The translations under genes were made by a program, and so were the position numbers. From Clostridia bacterium (GTDB lineage Bacteria > Bacillota > Clostridia > Oscillospirales > CAG-272), in contig JAFUKI010000077.1 of the NCBI GenBank assembly GCA_017467815.1, positions 4,797 through 68,796 of the forward strand: a DNA stretch of 64,000 bases. Reading direction: 5' to 3'. Under the pieces are notes generated by a model. It did not search any database, had not been told where the DNA came from, and was given only the letters and a program-made list of their open reading frames with translations. Below, one piece after another: positions 9,304 to 20,694 of the stretch (positions are counted from its first letter, which is position 1; every line of letters begins with the position of its first letter).

Positions 9304-9561
9304 ATGGCAGAACGCGCACTCAGAAAGACCAGAGTGGGTAAGGTCGTCAGCAATAAGATGGACAAGACCATCGTTGTAGCTATCGCAGACCACGTTAAGC
9401 ACCCCACTTATGGCAAGATCATCAAGCGCACCACCAAGATCCATGCTCATGACGAAAACAACGTCTGCGGCATCGGTGACACCGTTGAAGTAATGGAAAC
9501 CAGACCGCTGTCCAAGTCCAAGAGATGGAGACTGGTTGAAATTATCGAAAAGGCTAAGTAA
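9304..9561 (+). CDS. rpsQ: 30S ribosomal protein S17
   Basis: 85-aa uS17. Confidence 0.95.
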   Translation: MAERALRKTRVGKVVSNKMDKTIVVAIADHVKHPTYGKIIKRTTKIHAHDENNVCGIGDTVEVMETRPLSKSKRWRLVEIIEKAK

Positions 9562-9774
9562 TTTAAATTTCGTAATACATGATTTCCGGGGAGGCAGGGT
9601 TCGTCCCATCGCCTCTCTGCGGAAAACGTGTCAGTAAAAAAATGCTGGGAAACCGCAGGACAAGCGTGCGGAGCAGGGGTCAGCCGGCAGGGGTAACACC
9701 CTTCTTTGACACCCTTTGGTCGTACGAACTCTCCTACGGTGTAGCCTCATTTTAAAATCCAAGGAGGATACAAC

Positions 9775-10143
9775 ATGATTCAGCAGCAGTCCTTAATGAA
9801 GGTTGCCGACAACACCGGTGCAAAAGAACTTATGTGCATCCGTGTTCTGGGCGGCACCGGCAGACGCTACGCAAACATCGGTGATGTTGTTGTATGCGCT
9901 GTAAAGAAGGCAGCACCCGGCGGCGTTGTTAAAAAAGGCGACGTTGTCAAGGCCGTAGTAGTCAGAAGCAGAAAGGGTCTCCGCAGAAATGACGGTTCCT
10001 ATATCAAGTTTGACGAAAACGCAGCCGTAATTATCAATGAAGACAAGAACCCCAAGGGTACCCGTATCTTCGGGCCTGTAGCTCGTGAACTCCGTGAACA
10101 CGAATACACCAAGATCCTGTCCCTTGCACCCGAAGTTCTTTAA
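9775..10143 (+). CDS. rplN: 50S ribosomal protein L14
   Basis: 122-aa uL14 ([17 protein letters not shown]...). Confidence 0.97.
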   Translation: MIQQQSLMKVADNTGAKELMCIRVLGGTGRRYANIGDVVVCAVKKAAPGGVVKKGDVVKAVVVRSRKGLRRNDGSYIKFDENAAVIINEDKNPKGTRIFGPVARELREHEYTKILSLAPEVL

Positions 10144-10158
10144 TGGAGGTACGATAAA

Positions 10159-10476
10159 ATGATGAAAAAGCTTCATGTAAAGACGGGCGATATGGTCATC
10201 GTAGTTTCCGGTGACGACAAGGGAAAGACCGGTAAGGTTGTAGAAGTTTCTCCCAAGGAAGGTAAAGTAATCGTAAGCGGCGTGAATCTGGTAAAGAAGC
10301 ACGTTAAGCCGAGACCTCCCCAGGAAAACGGCGGTATTCTGGAAGTAGAAGGCGCTATGTACGCTTCTAAGGTTCAGCTGTACTGCGAAAAGTGCAAGAA
10401 GCCCACAAGAGCTGCCCACAAGATGGACGGCGAAAAGAAAGTTCGCGTTTGCACCAAGTGCGGCGCTGAACTGTAA
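10159..10476 (+). CDS. rplX: 50S ribosomal protein L24
   Basis: 105-aa uL24 with a KOW motif. Confidence 0.93.
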   Translation: MMKKLHVKTGDMVIVVSGDDKGKTGKVVEVSPKEGKVIVSGVNLVKKHVKPRPPQENGGILEVEGAMYASKVQLYCEKCKKPTRAAHKMDGEKKVRVCTKCGAEL

Positions 10477-10490
10477 TTCGGAGGTGTACG

Positions 10491-11033
10491 ATGGCTGCAA
10501 GAATGAAAGAATTATACACTTCTGAAGTTGCTCCCGCTCTGATGAAGAAATTCGAATACAAGAGCGTAATGCAGATTCCGAAGTTGGATAAGATCGTTAT
10601 CAACGTTGGCGCCGGCGATGCTAAGGAAAACTCCAAGGTGATCGACGCTATCATGGCAGACCTGGCCGCTATCACCGGTCAGAAGCCTGTACCTACCTAC
10701 GCTAAGAAATCCGTTGCGAACTTCAAGCTGCGTGAAGGCATGAAGATCGGTGTAAAGGTTACTCTCCGCGGCGAAAAGATGTACGAATTCATGGACAGAC
10801 TGTTCAACTTCGCACTGCCCCGCGTACGTGACTTCAAGGGTATCAACCCCGACGCTTTCGATGGCCGCGGTAACTATGCACTGGGTCTGAAAGAACAGCT
10901 GATCTTCCCCGAAATCGAATACGATAAGGTTGAGAAGATCCGTGGTATGGACATCTGCTTCGTTACCACTGCTCAGACAGACGCAGAAGCCAAGGAACTG
11001 CTCACTCTCATGGGCGCTCCCTTTGCTAAGTAA
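10491..11033 (+). CDS. rplE: 50S ribosomal protein L5
   Basis: 180-aa uL5. Confidence 0.97.
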   Translation: MAARMKELYTSEVAPALMKKFEYKSVMQIPKLDKIVINVGAGDAKENSKVIDAIMADLAAITGQKPVPTYAKKSVANFKLREGMKIGVKVTLRGEKMYEFMDRLFNFALPRVRDFKGINPDAFDGRGNYALGLKEQLIFPEIEYDKVEKIRGMDICFVTTAQTDAEAKELLTLMGAPFAK

Positions 11034-11051
11034 TTCAGGAGGTAGGAATAA

Positions 11052-11237
11052 ATGGCTAAAACATCTATGATTCTCAAGCAGCAGAAGAAGCAGAAGTTCT
11101 CCACTCGTGAGTACAACCGCTGCAAGATCTGCGGCCGCCCCCACGCTTACCTCCGCAAGTACGGTATCTGCCGTATCTGCTTCCGTGAGCTGGCTTACAA
11201 GGGCGAAATCCCGGGCGTGCGCAAGGCATCCTGGTAA
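11052..11237 (+). CDS. rpsN: 30S ribosomal protein S14, type Z (zinc-binding)
   Basis: 61 aa with CxxC...CxxC (CKICGR...CRICFR). Confidence 0.95.
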   Translation: MAKTSMILKQQKKQKFSTREYNRCKICGRPHAYLRKYGICRICFRELAYKGEIPGVRKASW

Positions 11238-11477
11238 ACCAATTTCCCGATTGACTGGGGAACTATAACGAAAATACAGTTCCCCTTCAATACCCCTCTT
11301 TTGGGAGAAATCCCGAAGGAGGCAATATACGTTCCCCACAGATAGGAAAACTTGCAGAACAGTAAGTTTTAACCCTCTGTGTGCGGCCCCTCAAAGCTGA
11401 TCGGAAAGGTAAAAATTCTTGTCAGAACTGTGGGGCAGCAAGAAAAAATTATACTTGCATGACAGGAGGACACAATT

Positions 11478-11876
11478 ATGCAGATTTCTGACGTTATCGC
11501 CGATATGCTCACTCGTATCAGAAATGCGAATAACGCAAAGCACGAAACCGTTGATATCCCCGCTTCCAACATGAAGAAGGCTATTGCCGATATTCTTCTG
11601 AGCGAAGGTTATATCAAGGGCGTGCAGGTCATCGAAGATGGCAAGCAGGGCATCATCCGTATCACTCTGAAGTATGAAGCCGGTAAGCAGAAGGTTATTC
11701 ACGGTCTCCGCCGTGTTTCCAAGCCCGGTCTTCGTATCTACTCCAACTGCGAAGATATGCCCAAGGTTATGAACGGCCTCGGTATCGCGATCGTTTCCAC
11801 TTCCAAGGGTATCATGACCGACAAAAAAGCAAGACGTGAAAATGTAGGCGGCGAGATCCTCGCTTTTGTCTGGTAA
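11478..11876 (+). CDS. rpsH: 30S ribosomal protein S8
   Basis: 132-aa uS8 ([13 protein letters not shown]...). Confidence 0.97.
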   Translation: MQISDVIADMLTRIRNANNAKHETVDIPASNMKKAIADILLSEGYIKGVQVIEDGKQGIIRITLKYEAGKQKVIHGLRRVSKPGLRIYSNCEDMPKVMNGLGIAIVSTSKGIMTDKKARRENVGGEILAFVW

Positions 11877-11894
11877 GAGAAAGGGAGGCACATT

Positions 11895-12434
11895 ATGTCA
11901 AGAATCGGTAGAGCTCCTATTACGGTTCCCGCTGGTGTAACCGTAACTGTGGGCGATGAAAATCTCATCACTGTTAAGGGTCCCAAGGGTACTCTGACCT
12001 ATACCGCACCTGCTGCTATGACAGTTAAGGTTGACGGCGCTGTTGTTACTGTTGCCCGTCCTAACGACGAAGCAGAAAACCGCGCTCTCCATGGTCTGAC
12101 CCGCACCCTGATCAATAACATGGTTGTTGGTGTTTCCAACGGCTATGAAAAGAAGCTGGAAATCGTTGGCGTTGGTTACAGAGTAGCTAAGGAAGGCAAG
12201 CGTATCGTTCTGAACGTTGGTCATTCCCATCCCATCTACTTCAACGAAGATGACAAAGTAACCTTCGACGTTCCGGATGCAAATACCATTATCGTTAAGA
12301 GCTTTGATAAGCAGTACTGCGGTCACGTTGCAGCGAACATCCGCTCCAAGAGACCTCCGGAACCTTATCACGGTAAGGGTATCAAGTACAGCGACGAACA
12401 TGTACGTCGTAAGGCCGGAAAGACCGGTAAATAA
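11895..12434 (+). CDS. rplF: 50S ribosomal protein L6
   Basis: 179-aa uL6. Confidence 0.97.
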   Translation: MSRIGRAPITVPAGVTVTVGDENLITVKGPKGTLTYTAPAAMTVKVDGAVVTVARPNDEAENRALHGLTRTLINNMVVGVSNGYEKKLEIVGVGYRVAKEGKRIVLNVGHSHPIYFNEDDKVTFDVPDANTIIVKSFDKQYCGHVAANIRSKRPPEPYHGKGIKYSDEHVRRKAGKTGK

Positions 12435-12452
12435 TGAAAGGAGACGTTACAA

Positions 12453-12812
12453 ATGGTTAGCAAGAAGGATAAAAATGCGCAGCGTCTTAAGAGACATAAG
12501 AGAGTACGTGCGAAAGTGTCCGGTACCGCTGAACGTCCCCGTCTCGCTGTTTACCGCTCTAACGCACACATCTACGCACAGATCATTGATGATGTCAATG
12601 GTGTAACCCTGTGCGCCGCTTCTTCCACCGAAAAGGCTTTTGAAGGCATCGGCAGCAACAAGGAAGCTGCTAAGAAGGTCGGCATGGCTATCGCTGAAAG
12701 AGCAAAGGCAAAGGGTATCGACGCTGTAGTCTTTGACCGCGGCGGTTATATCTATCACGGACGTGTATCGGAACTTGCTGCAGGTGCAAGAGAAGGCGGT
12801 CTGAACTTCTGA
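12453..12812 (+). CDS. rplR: 50S ribosomal protein L18
   Basis: 119-aa uL18. Confidence 0.96.
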   Translation: MVSKKDKNAQRLKRHKRVRAKVSGTAERPRLAVYRSNAHIYAQIIDDVNGVTLCAASSTEKAFEGIGSNKEAAKKVGMAIAERAKAKGIDAVVFDRGGYIYHGRVSELAAGAREGGLNF

Positions 12813-12984
12813 GTTCATCCCCCGATCTGCTCACGCAAGCCCCCGGTTTGTACACCCGGTGAAACGGCGGTTTACCGTGTGCCGGCTTCCTATGACAAGG
12901 TCACACAGATTCCGAGCCTGTGTGGAAGCTGCTTCCCGTTTCCCCGGCAGATTATCATTTCAATATTAAATTTGGAGAGACGAA

Positions 12985-13488
12985 ATGGCTAAGAGATTTA
13001 ATCCCGAAGAACTCGACCTGCAGGAAAAGCAGGTTGTCATCCGCCGTGTATCCAAAACAGTAAAGGGTGGTCGTATCGCCCGCTTTGCTGCTGTTATGGT
13101 TGTAGGCGATGAAAACGGTCACGTTGGCTACGGTATCGGTAAGGCTGCCGAAGTTCCGGAAGCTGTTCGTAAGGCTGTTGAAGATGCAAAGAAGAATATG
13201 ATCGAAGTTTCCCTCAACGAAACCACCATTCCCCACGAAGTTCTGGGTGAATTCGGTGCAGGTAAGGTTCTGCTGAAGCCGGCTCCCAAAGGTACCGGTA
13301 TCATCGCAGGTAAGACCGTACGTGTTGTAATGGAAATGGCAGGTATCAAGAATATCCGTTCCAAGTGCCTCCGTTCCAACAACCCCGTAAACGTAGTTAA
13401 GGCTACCTTTGAGGGTCTGAAGATGCTCCGCACTGCTGAACAGGTTGCTAAGACCCGTGGCATCAGCGTGGAACAGGTAACTGAATAA
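12985..13488 (+). CDS. rpsE: 30S ribosomal protein S5
   Basis: 167-aa uS5. Confidence 0.97.
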   Translation: MAKRFNPEELDLQEKQVVIRRVSKTVKGGRIARFAAVMVVGDENGHVGYGIGKAAEVPEAVRKAVEDAKKNMIEVSLNETTIPHEVLGEFGAGKVLLKPAPKGTGIIAGKTVRVVMEMAGIKNIRSKCLRSNNPVNVVKATFEGLKMLRTAEQVAKTRGISVEQVTE

Positions 13489-13501
13489 GGAGGTTATGAG
13501 A

Positions 13502-13681
13502 ATGGAAAACGTAAAAATCACTCTGAAGAAGAGTCTCATAGCCGCAAAGCCCAACCAGAAGGCAACTGCCGCCTCCCTCGGCCTGCGTAAGATCGGTGAT
13601 TCCATCGTTCACGCAGCAGGTCCGGTGCTTGACGGTAAAGTTAAGGTACTCGCTCACCTGGTATCCGTGGAGAAGGCGTAA
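13502..13681 (+). CDS. rpmD: 50S ribosomal protein L30
   Basis: uL30. ATG 13502 is preferred over 13496 because of its spacing from the RBS AAGGAGG (13487-13493). Confidence 0.9.
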   Translation: MENVKITLKKSLIAAKPNQKATAASLGLRKIGDSIVHAAGPVLDGKVKVLAHLVSVEKA

Positions 13682-13734
13682 GCCCTCCGAAAGAAATTTT
13701 ATAGAAGGATTTTTAGTAAGGAGGAAAAACACGT

Positions 13735-14178
13735 ATGAAGCTCCATGAACTTTCTCCGGCACCCGGTTCCGTTAAGGAAGGTTTCCGGAAGGGTAGAGGT
13801 CCTGGATCCGGTAACGGCAAAACTGCCGGTAAGGGTCACAAGGGTCAGAACGCTCGTTCCGGCGGCGGTGTTCGTATTGGTTTCGAAGGCGGTCAGCTCC
13901 CTCTGTACAGAAAGCTGCCCAAGAGAGGTTTCAAGAACCATTTTGCAAAGGAATATGCCATTGTAAATGTTGAAACCCTGAATAAGTATTTTAATGACGG
14001 TGATACCGTTAATCTGGAAGCCCTGATGGCTGCCGGCATTATTAAGAAGTCTTTAGACGGTCTGAAGGTCCTCGGCAACGGCGAAATCACTAAAAAATTA
14101 ACCGTTGAAGCTACCATCTTTTCAGCAAGCGCAAAGGAAAAGATAGAAGCGGTTGGTGGAAAGACCGAGGTGGTATAA
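13735..14178 (+). CDS. rplO: 50S ribosomal protein L15
   Basis: 147-aa uL15. Confidence 0.96.
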   Translation: MKLHELSPAPGSVKEGFRKGRGPGSGNGKTAGKGHKGQNARSGGGVRIGFEGGQLPLYRKLPKRGFKNHFAKEYAIVNVETLNKYFNDGDTVNLEALMAAGIIKKSLDGLKVLGNGEITKKLTVEATIFSASAKEKIEAVGGKTEVV

Positions 14179-14179
14179 A

Positions 14180-15511
14180 GTGTTTGAGACAATCAAAAAT
14201 GCGTGGAAAGTAGCGGATCTGAAAAAGAAACTGCTGTTTACTTTGTTCATCATTGTGCTGTACCGCGTAGGTACCGCAATCCCGATCCCTTATGTGGATT
14301 CCAACATGCTCAGTCTGTATATGTCTGCAACTGGCGGATCCATTTTCCAGTACCTCAATCTTATCACTGGTAACGCATTTGCGAATGCAACGCTTTTTGC
14401 TCTTGGTATCAACCCCTATATCACAGCATCCATCGTAATGCAGCTTCTCTGCATCGCTATCCCTTATCTGGAAAGACTTTCCAAAGAAGGGGAAGAAGGC
14501 AAGAAGAAGATCAATCAGATCACCCGTTATGTAACCGTAGCGCTGGGTCTGATCACCGCTTTTGGTTATTACCAGCTGCTGAAGGCGAACAGTGTTATTG
14601 TTGACACTTCCGTGTTCGCTGCATTTGTTATCATCCTCAGCTACTGTGCCGGTTCTTCTCTGGTTATGTGGCTTGCTGAAAAAATCAATGAAGACGGTAT
14701 CGGCAACGGTATCTCCATGATCCTGTTCGCCAATATCATCTCCCGTCTGCCTGCCGGTGTCAGCACCCTCTGGACGCTCGTTACCGGTCAGGGTACCTAC
14801 CTGAAGGCAGACGACACCACCGGTACCATCCCCATGTGGCTTGGTATCATCCTCGCTGTAGTGATCGTAGTCTTTGCGATTGCAATGGTTGCATTCATCG
14901 TATGGATGACACACAGTGAACGTCGTATTCCGGTACAGTACGCAAAGAAAGTTGTCGGCAGAAAAGTATATGGCGGCCAGTCCTCCAATCTGCCCATCAA
15001 GGTCAACATGACCGGCGTTATGCCCATCATCTTCGCGAACTCTATCATTACGATTCCCCAGACCATCGCTATGTTCCTGCCCACACCCGCGGAAGGCTCC
15101 TTCTGGGCTGGCTTCCTCGGCCTGTTCGCAGCCGATAGCGTGTTCTATGCGATCCTGACCTTTGTTCTGATCGTTGCATTTGCATACTTCTACATCTCCA
15201 TTTCTTTCAACCCCGTAGAAGTTTCCAACAACATGAAGGCAAACGGCGGATTCATTCCCGGTATTCGTCCCGGTCGTCCGACTGCGGAGTTTATCACCAA
15301 GATTTTGTCCCGTGTAACCTTTATCGGCGCTCTGTGCCTTGGCATTATTGCAGTTGTTCCGCTGCTGGCTAACATCGTTACCCGCGGCGCAATGTCCGGT
15401 CTCGCATTCGGTGGTTCTTCCGTTATCATCCTCTGCGGTGTAATTCTGGAAACCATCCGCGAAATCGAAGCACAGATGACCATGCGTCATTATAAAGGAT
15501 TCCTTGAATAA
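14180..15511 (+). CDS. secY: Preprotein translocase subunit SecY
   Basis: 10-TM SecY sequence. The GTG start at 14180 (VFETIKNAWK...) lies just after the rplO stop. Confidence 0.95.
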   Translation: MFETIKNAWKVADLKKKLLFTLFIIVLYRVGTAIPIPYVDSNMLSLYMSATGGSIFQYLNLITGNAFANATLFALGINPYITASIVMQLLCIAIPYLERLSKEGEEGKKKINQITRYVTVALGLITAFGYYQLLKANSVIVDTSVFAAFVIILSYCAGSSLVMWLAEKINEDGIGNGISMILFANIISRLPAGVSTLWTLVTGQGTYLKADDTTGTIPMWLGIILAVVIVVFAIAMVAFIVWMTHSERRIPVQYAKKVVGRKVYGGQSSNLPIKVNMTGVMPIIFANSIITIPQTIAMFLPTPAEGSFWAGFLGLFAADSVFYAILTFVLIVAFAYFYISISFNPVEVSNNMKANGGFIPGIRPGRPTAEFITKILSRVTFIGALCLGIIAVVPLLANIVTRGAMSGLAFGGSSVIILCGVILETIREIEAQMTMRHYKGFLE

Positions 15512-15628
15512 TACCGACGGTATTGTTTTTGAAACAGCGGGAAACGGCGGCGGAGAACTTAATTGTCTTCCCTGCCGTTTTCCTGCCTGTTTGGGTTTTT
15601 ATCAATCAAACGCTGATTAGGAGTTATA

Positions 15629-16264
15629 ATGAGAAAAATTAACCTCATTCTTCTGGGCGCGCCCGGTGCCGGCAAAGGTACCCAGGCAGAAATCATTTCT
15701 GAAAAATTCGCAATTCCCTCCATTTCCACCGGCGCTATGATCCGTGAAGCGATCGCAGCAGGAAGTGAACTGGGTCTGCGGGTCAAGAGTTATATTGACA
15801 AGGGCGAGCTGGTTCCCGATGCAGTCGTAATCGACATCATCAAGGAACGGCTGGCAAAACCCGACTGTGCCAACGGCTTCATTCTGGACGGTTTCCCGCG
15901 TACCGTTCCCCAGGCAGCAGCTCTGGACGAAATGGGCGTGGAAATCACCGATGTCATTTCCATCGAAGTGGCTGACGAGTCCATCATGGAACGTATGGGC
16001 GGCAGACGGGTATGTAAGAAGTGCGGTGCAACCTACCACACCAAGTACAATCCTTCCCCCAAGGGCGAGCTTTGCGCTTGCGGCGAACCTCTGACCATCC
16101 GTTCCGATGACGATCCGGAAGTGGTTAAGAGCCGCCTTGTGGTATACCACGAACAGACCGAACCCCTGAAGGATTTCTATCAGGAAAAGGGTCTGCTGAA
16201 ACTGGTTTACGGTCAGGAAAAGCTGGACGATACCACTTCCCTGACACTGGAAGCACTGGCATAA
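15629..16264 (+). CDS. adk: Adenylate kinase (zinc-lid type)
   Basis: 211 aa with the P-loop GAPGAGKGT and a Cys-containing lid. Confidence 0.96.
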   Translation: MRKINLILLGAPGAGKGTQAEIISEKFAIPSISTGAMIREAIAAGSELGLRVKSYIDKGELVPDAVVIDIIKERLAKPDCANGFILDGFPRTVPQAAALDEMGVEITDVISIEVADESIMERMGGRRVCKKCGATYHTKYNPSPKGELCACGEPLTIRSDDDPEVVKSRLVVYHEQTEPLKDFYQEKGLLKLVYGQEKLDDTTSLTLEALA

Positions 16265-16295
16265 CAGTTGGCAAAGATAGAAGGCATATAGTTTT

Positions 16296-17051
16296 ATGAT
16301 TATTGTGAAAACCGCTGACCAGATCCGTCGGATGAAGCTGGCAGGCAGAATTACCGGTGAAGCCCTTTACCTGGCCCGCGAAATGGTCAAGGAAGGCGTA
16401 ACTACAAAACAGATCGACGACAAGATCCGGCAGCATATCGAAAAATGCGGTGCCAAACCCTCTTTCCTGGGTTACGGCGGATTTCCCGCCAGTGCCTGCA
16501 TTTCCATCAACAATGAAGTCATCCACGGGATCCCTTCACCGAATCGTGTTCTGAAGGAAGGCGACATTGTGAAAATTGACGTGGGTGCGTTCATCGGCGG
16601 CTTCCACGGAGACAGCGCCAATACCTTCGGGGTTGGAAAGATCGCTCCGGAAGCACAGAGACTGATCGACGTCACCAAACACAGTTTTGAACTGGGTGTA
16701 GCTGCCATCAATGTGGAAGCCGGACGTATCGGTGATATCGGCAATGCCATTGATACCTACGTCAGAGAAAACGGTTTCTCCACGGTCAAAAAGTACGTCG
16801 GTCACGGTGTCGGCGCAGACCTTCATGAAGATCCCAATGTTCCCAACTTCGGAACAGCCGGACGTGGTGCGAGATTGTGCCGCGGCATGACCATTGCCAT
16901 TGAGCCGATGGTAAATATGGGCGGCCCGGAAGTGATCGAGCGCCCGGATCACTGGACTGTGGTTACCAAGGACGGTTCCCTGTCTGCCCACTATGAGCAC
17001 TCTGTGGCGCTCACTGCAGACGGTGTGATCCTGCTGACCAAGGTGGATTGA
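16296..17051 (+). CDS. map: Methionine aminopeptidase type I
   Basis: 251-aa MetAP fold sequence in its conserved position after adk. Confidence 0.95.
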   Translation: MIIVKTADQIRRMKLAGRITGEALYLAREMVKEGVTTKQIDDKIRQHIEKCGAKPSFLGYGGFPASACISINNEVIHGIPSPNRVLKEGDIVKIDVGAFIGGFHGDSANTFGVGKIAPEAQRLIDVTKHSFELGVAAINVEAGRIGDIGNAIDTYVRENGFSTVKKYVGHGVGADLHEDPNVPNFGTAGRGARLCRGMTIAIEPMVNMGGPEVIERPDHWTVVTKDGSLSAHYEHSVALTADGVILLTKVD

Positions 17052-17052
17052 T

Positions 17053-17382
17053 ATGCCACGGGATGGTACAGCCGCATTTGGCACAGTAGTGCAGTCCGTT
17101 GCCGGCAGAGACAGATTCCGCGTGTTCCTCGTTATCGGGGAAGGCATGGAACGGGGGTATCCCACCGTAAAAGTGGTGAACGGAACCCTCCACCGGCTGG
17201 AAAAACCGAAAATCAAGCATCTGTCCCATGTACGGGTCATCGCACATCTGACAGAGAGCGAAATAGCGGAATTCCGGATTGACTATTCTGACAAAAAAGC
17301 AGCAGAATTGGTTGCCAAATATGACTATAACAGAGAAAATGCTGGTTTGATGCATAAAAAAATCAAATCTGTATTGACATAA
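17053..17382 (+). CDS. KOW-domain RNA-binding protein (YbzG-like, map-infA spacer gene)
   Basis: 109-aa ORF with GTVVQSVAGRDRFRVFLVIG. It sits between map and infA, as in other Firmicutes. Confidence 0.6.
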   Translation: MPRDGTAAFGTVVQSVAGRDRFRVFLVIGEGMERGYPTVKVVNGTLHRLEKPKIKHLSHVRVIAHLTESEIAEFRIDYSDKKAAELVAKYDYNRENAGLMHKKIKSVLT

Positions 17383-17402
17383 TGAAGGTTTTCACGTATA
17401 AT
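17374..17402 (+). promoter_or_regulatory. Consensus sigma-A promoter for infA, embedded in the 3' end of the KOW gene
   Basis: TTGACA (17374-17379), 17-nt spacer, TATAAT (17397-17402). Confidence 0.6.
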
Positions 17403-17477
17403 ATTAAGACGGTGTGCTATGGCATTTTTTGAAAATGCTAAAGCAAAAAAATTGCACACAATGGGGAGGAGACGCTT

Positions 17478-17699
17478 TTGCCTAAGGATGACGTAATTGA
17501 ATTCGAAGGTACGATCGTGGAAGCACTGCCGAATGCAACATTCAAAGTAAAGCTTCCCAATGATATGATCGTGACGGCTCATATTTCCGGTAAACTCAGG
17601 ATGAATTATATCAGAATTCTTCCCGGTGATAAGGTTACGGTGGAAGTATCCATCTATGACCCCACCAAGGGCAGAATCACATGGAGAACAAAGGGTTAA
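17478..17699 (+). CDS. infA: Translation initiation factor IF-1
   Basis: 73-aa IF-1 sequence with a TTG start and RBS GGGGAGGAG. Confidence 0.96.
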   Translation: MPKDDVIEFEGTIVEALPNATFKVKLPNDMIVTAHISGKLRMNYIRILPGDKVTVEVSIYDPTKGRITWRTKG

Positions 17700-17980
17700 T
17701 CCGGCACACGTGGCTGCGTGTAACGGCTGCACAGTTCTGAATCCGAAAGGGTTTCCGAAACGCGGAAAACTTGCATTCCGCCGGAGGGTTATCCGGAGCA
17801 TACCTTATATAAGAGGTAGATGACCGGGTGGACAGAGCGAGCAGACAGGTGTGACAGAAAGACTCTTTTATCCGAAGAACAGGGAGCTGAGCCTTGTTCT
17901 GTTTCCGGTGTCGGGATTTCGCATTTCACCGGCACGGGGGATCAATACTCAGATGAACAAGAGAAAGGTGGAAAAATACT

Positions 17981-18094
17981 GTGAAAGTTAAGCCTTCCGT
18001 AAAAAAGATCTGCGAAAAGTGCAAAGTTATCAAGCGTCACGGTCGCATTATGGTGATCTGTGAGAACCCCAAGCACAAGCAGAGACAGGGTTAA
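17981..18094 (+). CDS. rpmJ: 50S ribosomal protein L36
   Basis: Absent from the ORF track. GTG start, [48 protein letters not shown]. Confidence 0.93.
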   Translation: MKVKPSVKKICEKCKVIKRHGRIMVICENPKHKQRQG

Positions 18095-18118
18095 TTTCGA
18101 GAAAGGTGGAAGAAGCAT

Positions 18119-18487
18119 ATGGCTCGTATATCCGGTGTTGATATTCCGAATTCCAAGCGTGTCGAGATCGCTCTTACCTATATTTACGGTATCGGTCTGA
18201 AGAGCTCCAAGGATATCCTGGCAAAGACAGGCATCAATCCTGACATCAGAGCAAAGGATCTTACCGAAGACGACATCGCAAAGCTGCGTGACGAAATTGA
18301 AAACAACTACACTGTAGAAGGTGAACTTCGTCGTGAAGTTGCCATGAACATCAAGCGTCTCGTAGAAATCAACTGCTACCGCGGCATTCGTCACAGAAAA
18401 GGCCTGCCGGTTCGTGGTCAGAGAACCAAGACCAACGCAAGAACCAGAAAAGGTCCCGCTAAGACGATTGCTAACAAGAAGAAGTAA
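18119..18487 (+). CDS. rpsM: 30S ribosomal protein S13
   Basis: 122-aa uS13 ([10 protein letters not shown]...). Confidence 0.97.
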   Translation: MARISGVDIPNSKRVEIALTYIYGIGLKSSKDILAKTGINPDIRAKDLTEDDIAKLRDEIENNYTVEGELRREVAMNIKRLVEINCYRGIRHRKGLPVRGQRTKTNARTRKGPAKTIANKKK

Positions 18488-18507
18488 TAAAGGAGTGAGA
18501 GAACGAA

Positions 18508-18903
18508 ATGGCTAAAGTCGCTAAGAAAGTCATCAAGAAGCGTCGTGACCGGAAGAATATTGAAAAAGGTCATGCACATATCCGTTCTACCTTCAACAAT
18601 ACCATCGTAACCATCACTGATGTTATGGGTAACACCGTAGCATGGGCATCCTCCGGCGGCATGGGCTTTAAGGGTTCCAAGAAGAACACTCCCTTCGCTG
18701 CACAGACCGCTGCTGAAGCTGCTGCAAAGGGCGCTATGGAACATGGTATGAAGACTGTTGAAGTTTACGTTAAGGGCCCCGGTAACGGACGTGAAGCCGC
18801 TATTCGTGCGCTGCAGACTGCCGGTCTGGACATCACCCTGATCAAGGACGTTACCCCCATCCCCCACAACGGATGCCGTCCGCCCAAGCGTAGAAGAGTA
18901 TAA
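18508..18903 (+). CDS. rpsK: 30S ribosomal protein S11
   Basis: 131-aa uS11. Confidence 0.97.
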   Translation: MAKVAKKVIKKRRDRKNIEKGHAHIRSTFNNTIVTITDVMGNTVAWASSGGMGFKGSKKNTPFAAQTAAEAAAKGAMEHGMKTVEVYVKGPGNGREAAIRALQTAGLDITLIKDVTPIPHNGCRPPKRRRV

Positions 18904-18925
18904 GGAAATTTAGGAGGAAAATAAT

Positions 18926-19552
18926 ATGGCAAGATATACAGGTCCTTCCTGCAAGCTCTGCCGCAGAGAAGGCAAGAAGCTTTTCCTCAAGGGAGATCGC
19001 TGCTTATCTGATAAGTGTGCCGTTGCCCGCCGTACGACCGTTCCCGGTCAGCATGGTGCAGGCCGCAAGCAGATCAAGGAATATGGCCTCCAGCACAGAG
19101 AAAAGATGACTGCACGCCGCTACTATGGTGTACAGGAAAAGCAGTTCAAGTCCTACTATGTAAAGGCTGATAAGACCGCTGGTGTTACCGGTGAAAACCT
19201 GCTGACAATTCTGGAATGCCGTCTGGACAACCTGGTATACAGAATGGGTCTGGCATCCAGCCGTAAGGAAGCTCGTCAGCTGATCCGTCACGCACACTTC
19301 ACCCTCAACGGCAAGAAGGTAGACATTCCGTCCATCATCTGCAAGGTTGGCGATGTAGTTGCTGTAAAGGAAAAGAGCAAGGGTTCTGAAAAGTTCAAGG
19401 CTCTGATCGAAGCATCCGAAACCGCAGTTACCCCGAAGTGGCTGGAAGTAGATCAGGCAAACGCATCTGCAAAGATGATCGCTATGCCTAAGAGAGACGA
19501 TGTAGATTTCCCGTTCGAAGAACAGCTTATCGTCGAACTTTACTCCAAGTAA
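18926..19552 (+). CDS. rpsD: 30S ribosomal protein S4
   Basis: 208-aa uS4 ([16 protein letters not shown]...). Confidence 0.97.
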   Translation: MARYTGPSCKLCRREGKKLFLKGDRCLSDKCAVARRTTVPGQHGAGRKQIKEYGLQHREKMTARRYYGVQEKQFKSYYVKADKTAGVTGENLLTILECRLDNLVYRMGLASSRKEARQLIRHAHFTLNGKKVDIPSIICKVGDVVAVKEKSKGSEKFKALIEASETAVTPKWLEVDQANASAKMIAMPKRDDVDFPFEEQLIVELYSK

Positions 19553-19722
19553 TAACCTACCCAAAGCGCTGCTCTGCGGGACAGTTTTCCCCATCCATAT
19601 GGCAGAAACGGTTTGGAGTGAAGTTCAGCTGACGCAGAGCACAGGCATGTATTTTGCAAGAATCGTAGTATTCCCCAAAAATATGTGGATTCGCAAAAAT
19701 TAGAAACGGAGGGTTATTATTA

Positions 19723-20694
19723 ATGATTGAGATAGAAAAGCCGAATATTGCGACAATCAATTTAAGCGAAGACGGTACAAATGGGAAGTTCATCATCGAA
19801 CCCCTGGAAAGAGGTTACGGCATTACGCTTGGTAACTCTCTTCGTCGCGTACTGCTCAGTTCCCTTCCCGGCGTTGCGGTAACCAGCATCAAGATCGACG
19901 GCGTACTTCATGAAATTTCCACCATTCCCGGTGTAAAGGAAGACGTTACCGAGATCGTACTGAATGTTAAGGGCATTACCGCCAAGCTGCATACTGATGA
20001 ACCCAAGATGGTTGTCATCGAAAGCACAGGTGCTTGTGACATCACGGCGGGCGATATCAAGCAGGATGCAGATATTGAGATCCTGAATCCGGATCATCAC
20101 ATTGCGACAGTTGGTGAAAACGTACGTTTCCGTATGGAACTGACCTTCGACCACGGCCGCGGTTATGTATCCCAGGAAAAGAACAAGCAGCTGTACCAGA
20201 CGATCAGTCAGGGTGCATCCGCTCCCATCGGCACCATTTTCACAGACTCGATTTACACTCCGGTTTATAACGTAAACTATACCGTCGAAAACACCCGCGT
20301 AGGCAGCAACACAGACTACGACAGACTGACTCTGGAAGTGCTGACCAACGGTGTGATTTTGGCGAAAGAAGCGATTTCTCTCGGCGCCAAGATACTCAAC
20401 GAGCATCTCAATTTGTTCGTCGATCTCTCCGACGAGGCAAAGAATGCGGAAATCATGGTTGAACGCGAAGAAACCATCAAAGAAAAGGTTCTTGAGATGA
20501 CCATTGAGGAGCTTGATATGTCCGTACGTAGTTTCAACTGCCTGAAGCGTGCCGGCATAGACACCGTAGAAGACCTGATCAACAGAACTGAGGACGACAT
20601 GATGAAGGTTCGTAACCTCGGTAAGAAGTCGCTGGAAGAAGTTATCCAGAAGCTGCACTCTCTCGGTCTCGACCTCAAGAAAGAGGAAGAATGA
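19723..20694 (+). CDS. rpoA: DNA-directed RNA polymerase subunit alpha
   Basis: 323-aa RpoA with NTD and CTD ([17 protein letters not shown]). Confidence 0.97.
   Translation: MIEIEKPNIATINLSEDGTNGKFIIEPLERGYGITLGNSLRRVLLSSLPGVAVTSIKIDGVLHEISTIPGVKEDVTEIVLNVKGITAKLHTDEPKMVVIESTGACDITAGDIKQDADIEILNPDHHIATVGENVRFRMELTFDHGRGYVSQEKNKQLYQTISQGASAPIGTIFTDSIYTPVYNVNYTVENTRVGSNTDYDRLTLEVLTNGVILAKEAISLGAKILNEHLNLFVDLSDEAKNAEIMVEREETIKEKVLEMTIEELDMSVRSFNCLKRAGIDTVEDLINRTEDDMMKVRNLGKKSLEEVIQKLHSLGLDLKKEEE

Noticed and set aside
11441-11456. A shared 16-mer AAAAATTATACTTGCA between the rpsN-rpsH spacer (~11441) and the region upstream of the GNAT gene (~21455)
   Set aside because: For a 64 kb window, roughly one chance 16-mer coincidence is expected when both strands are counted, and the flanks show no further similarity.
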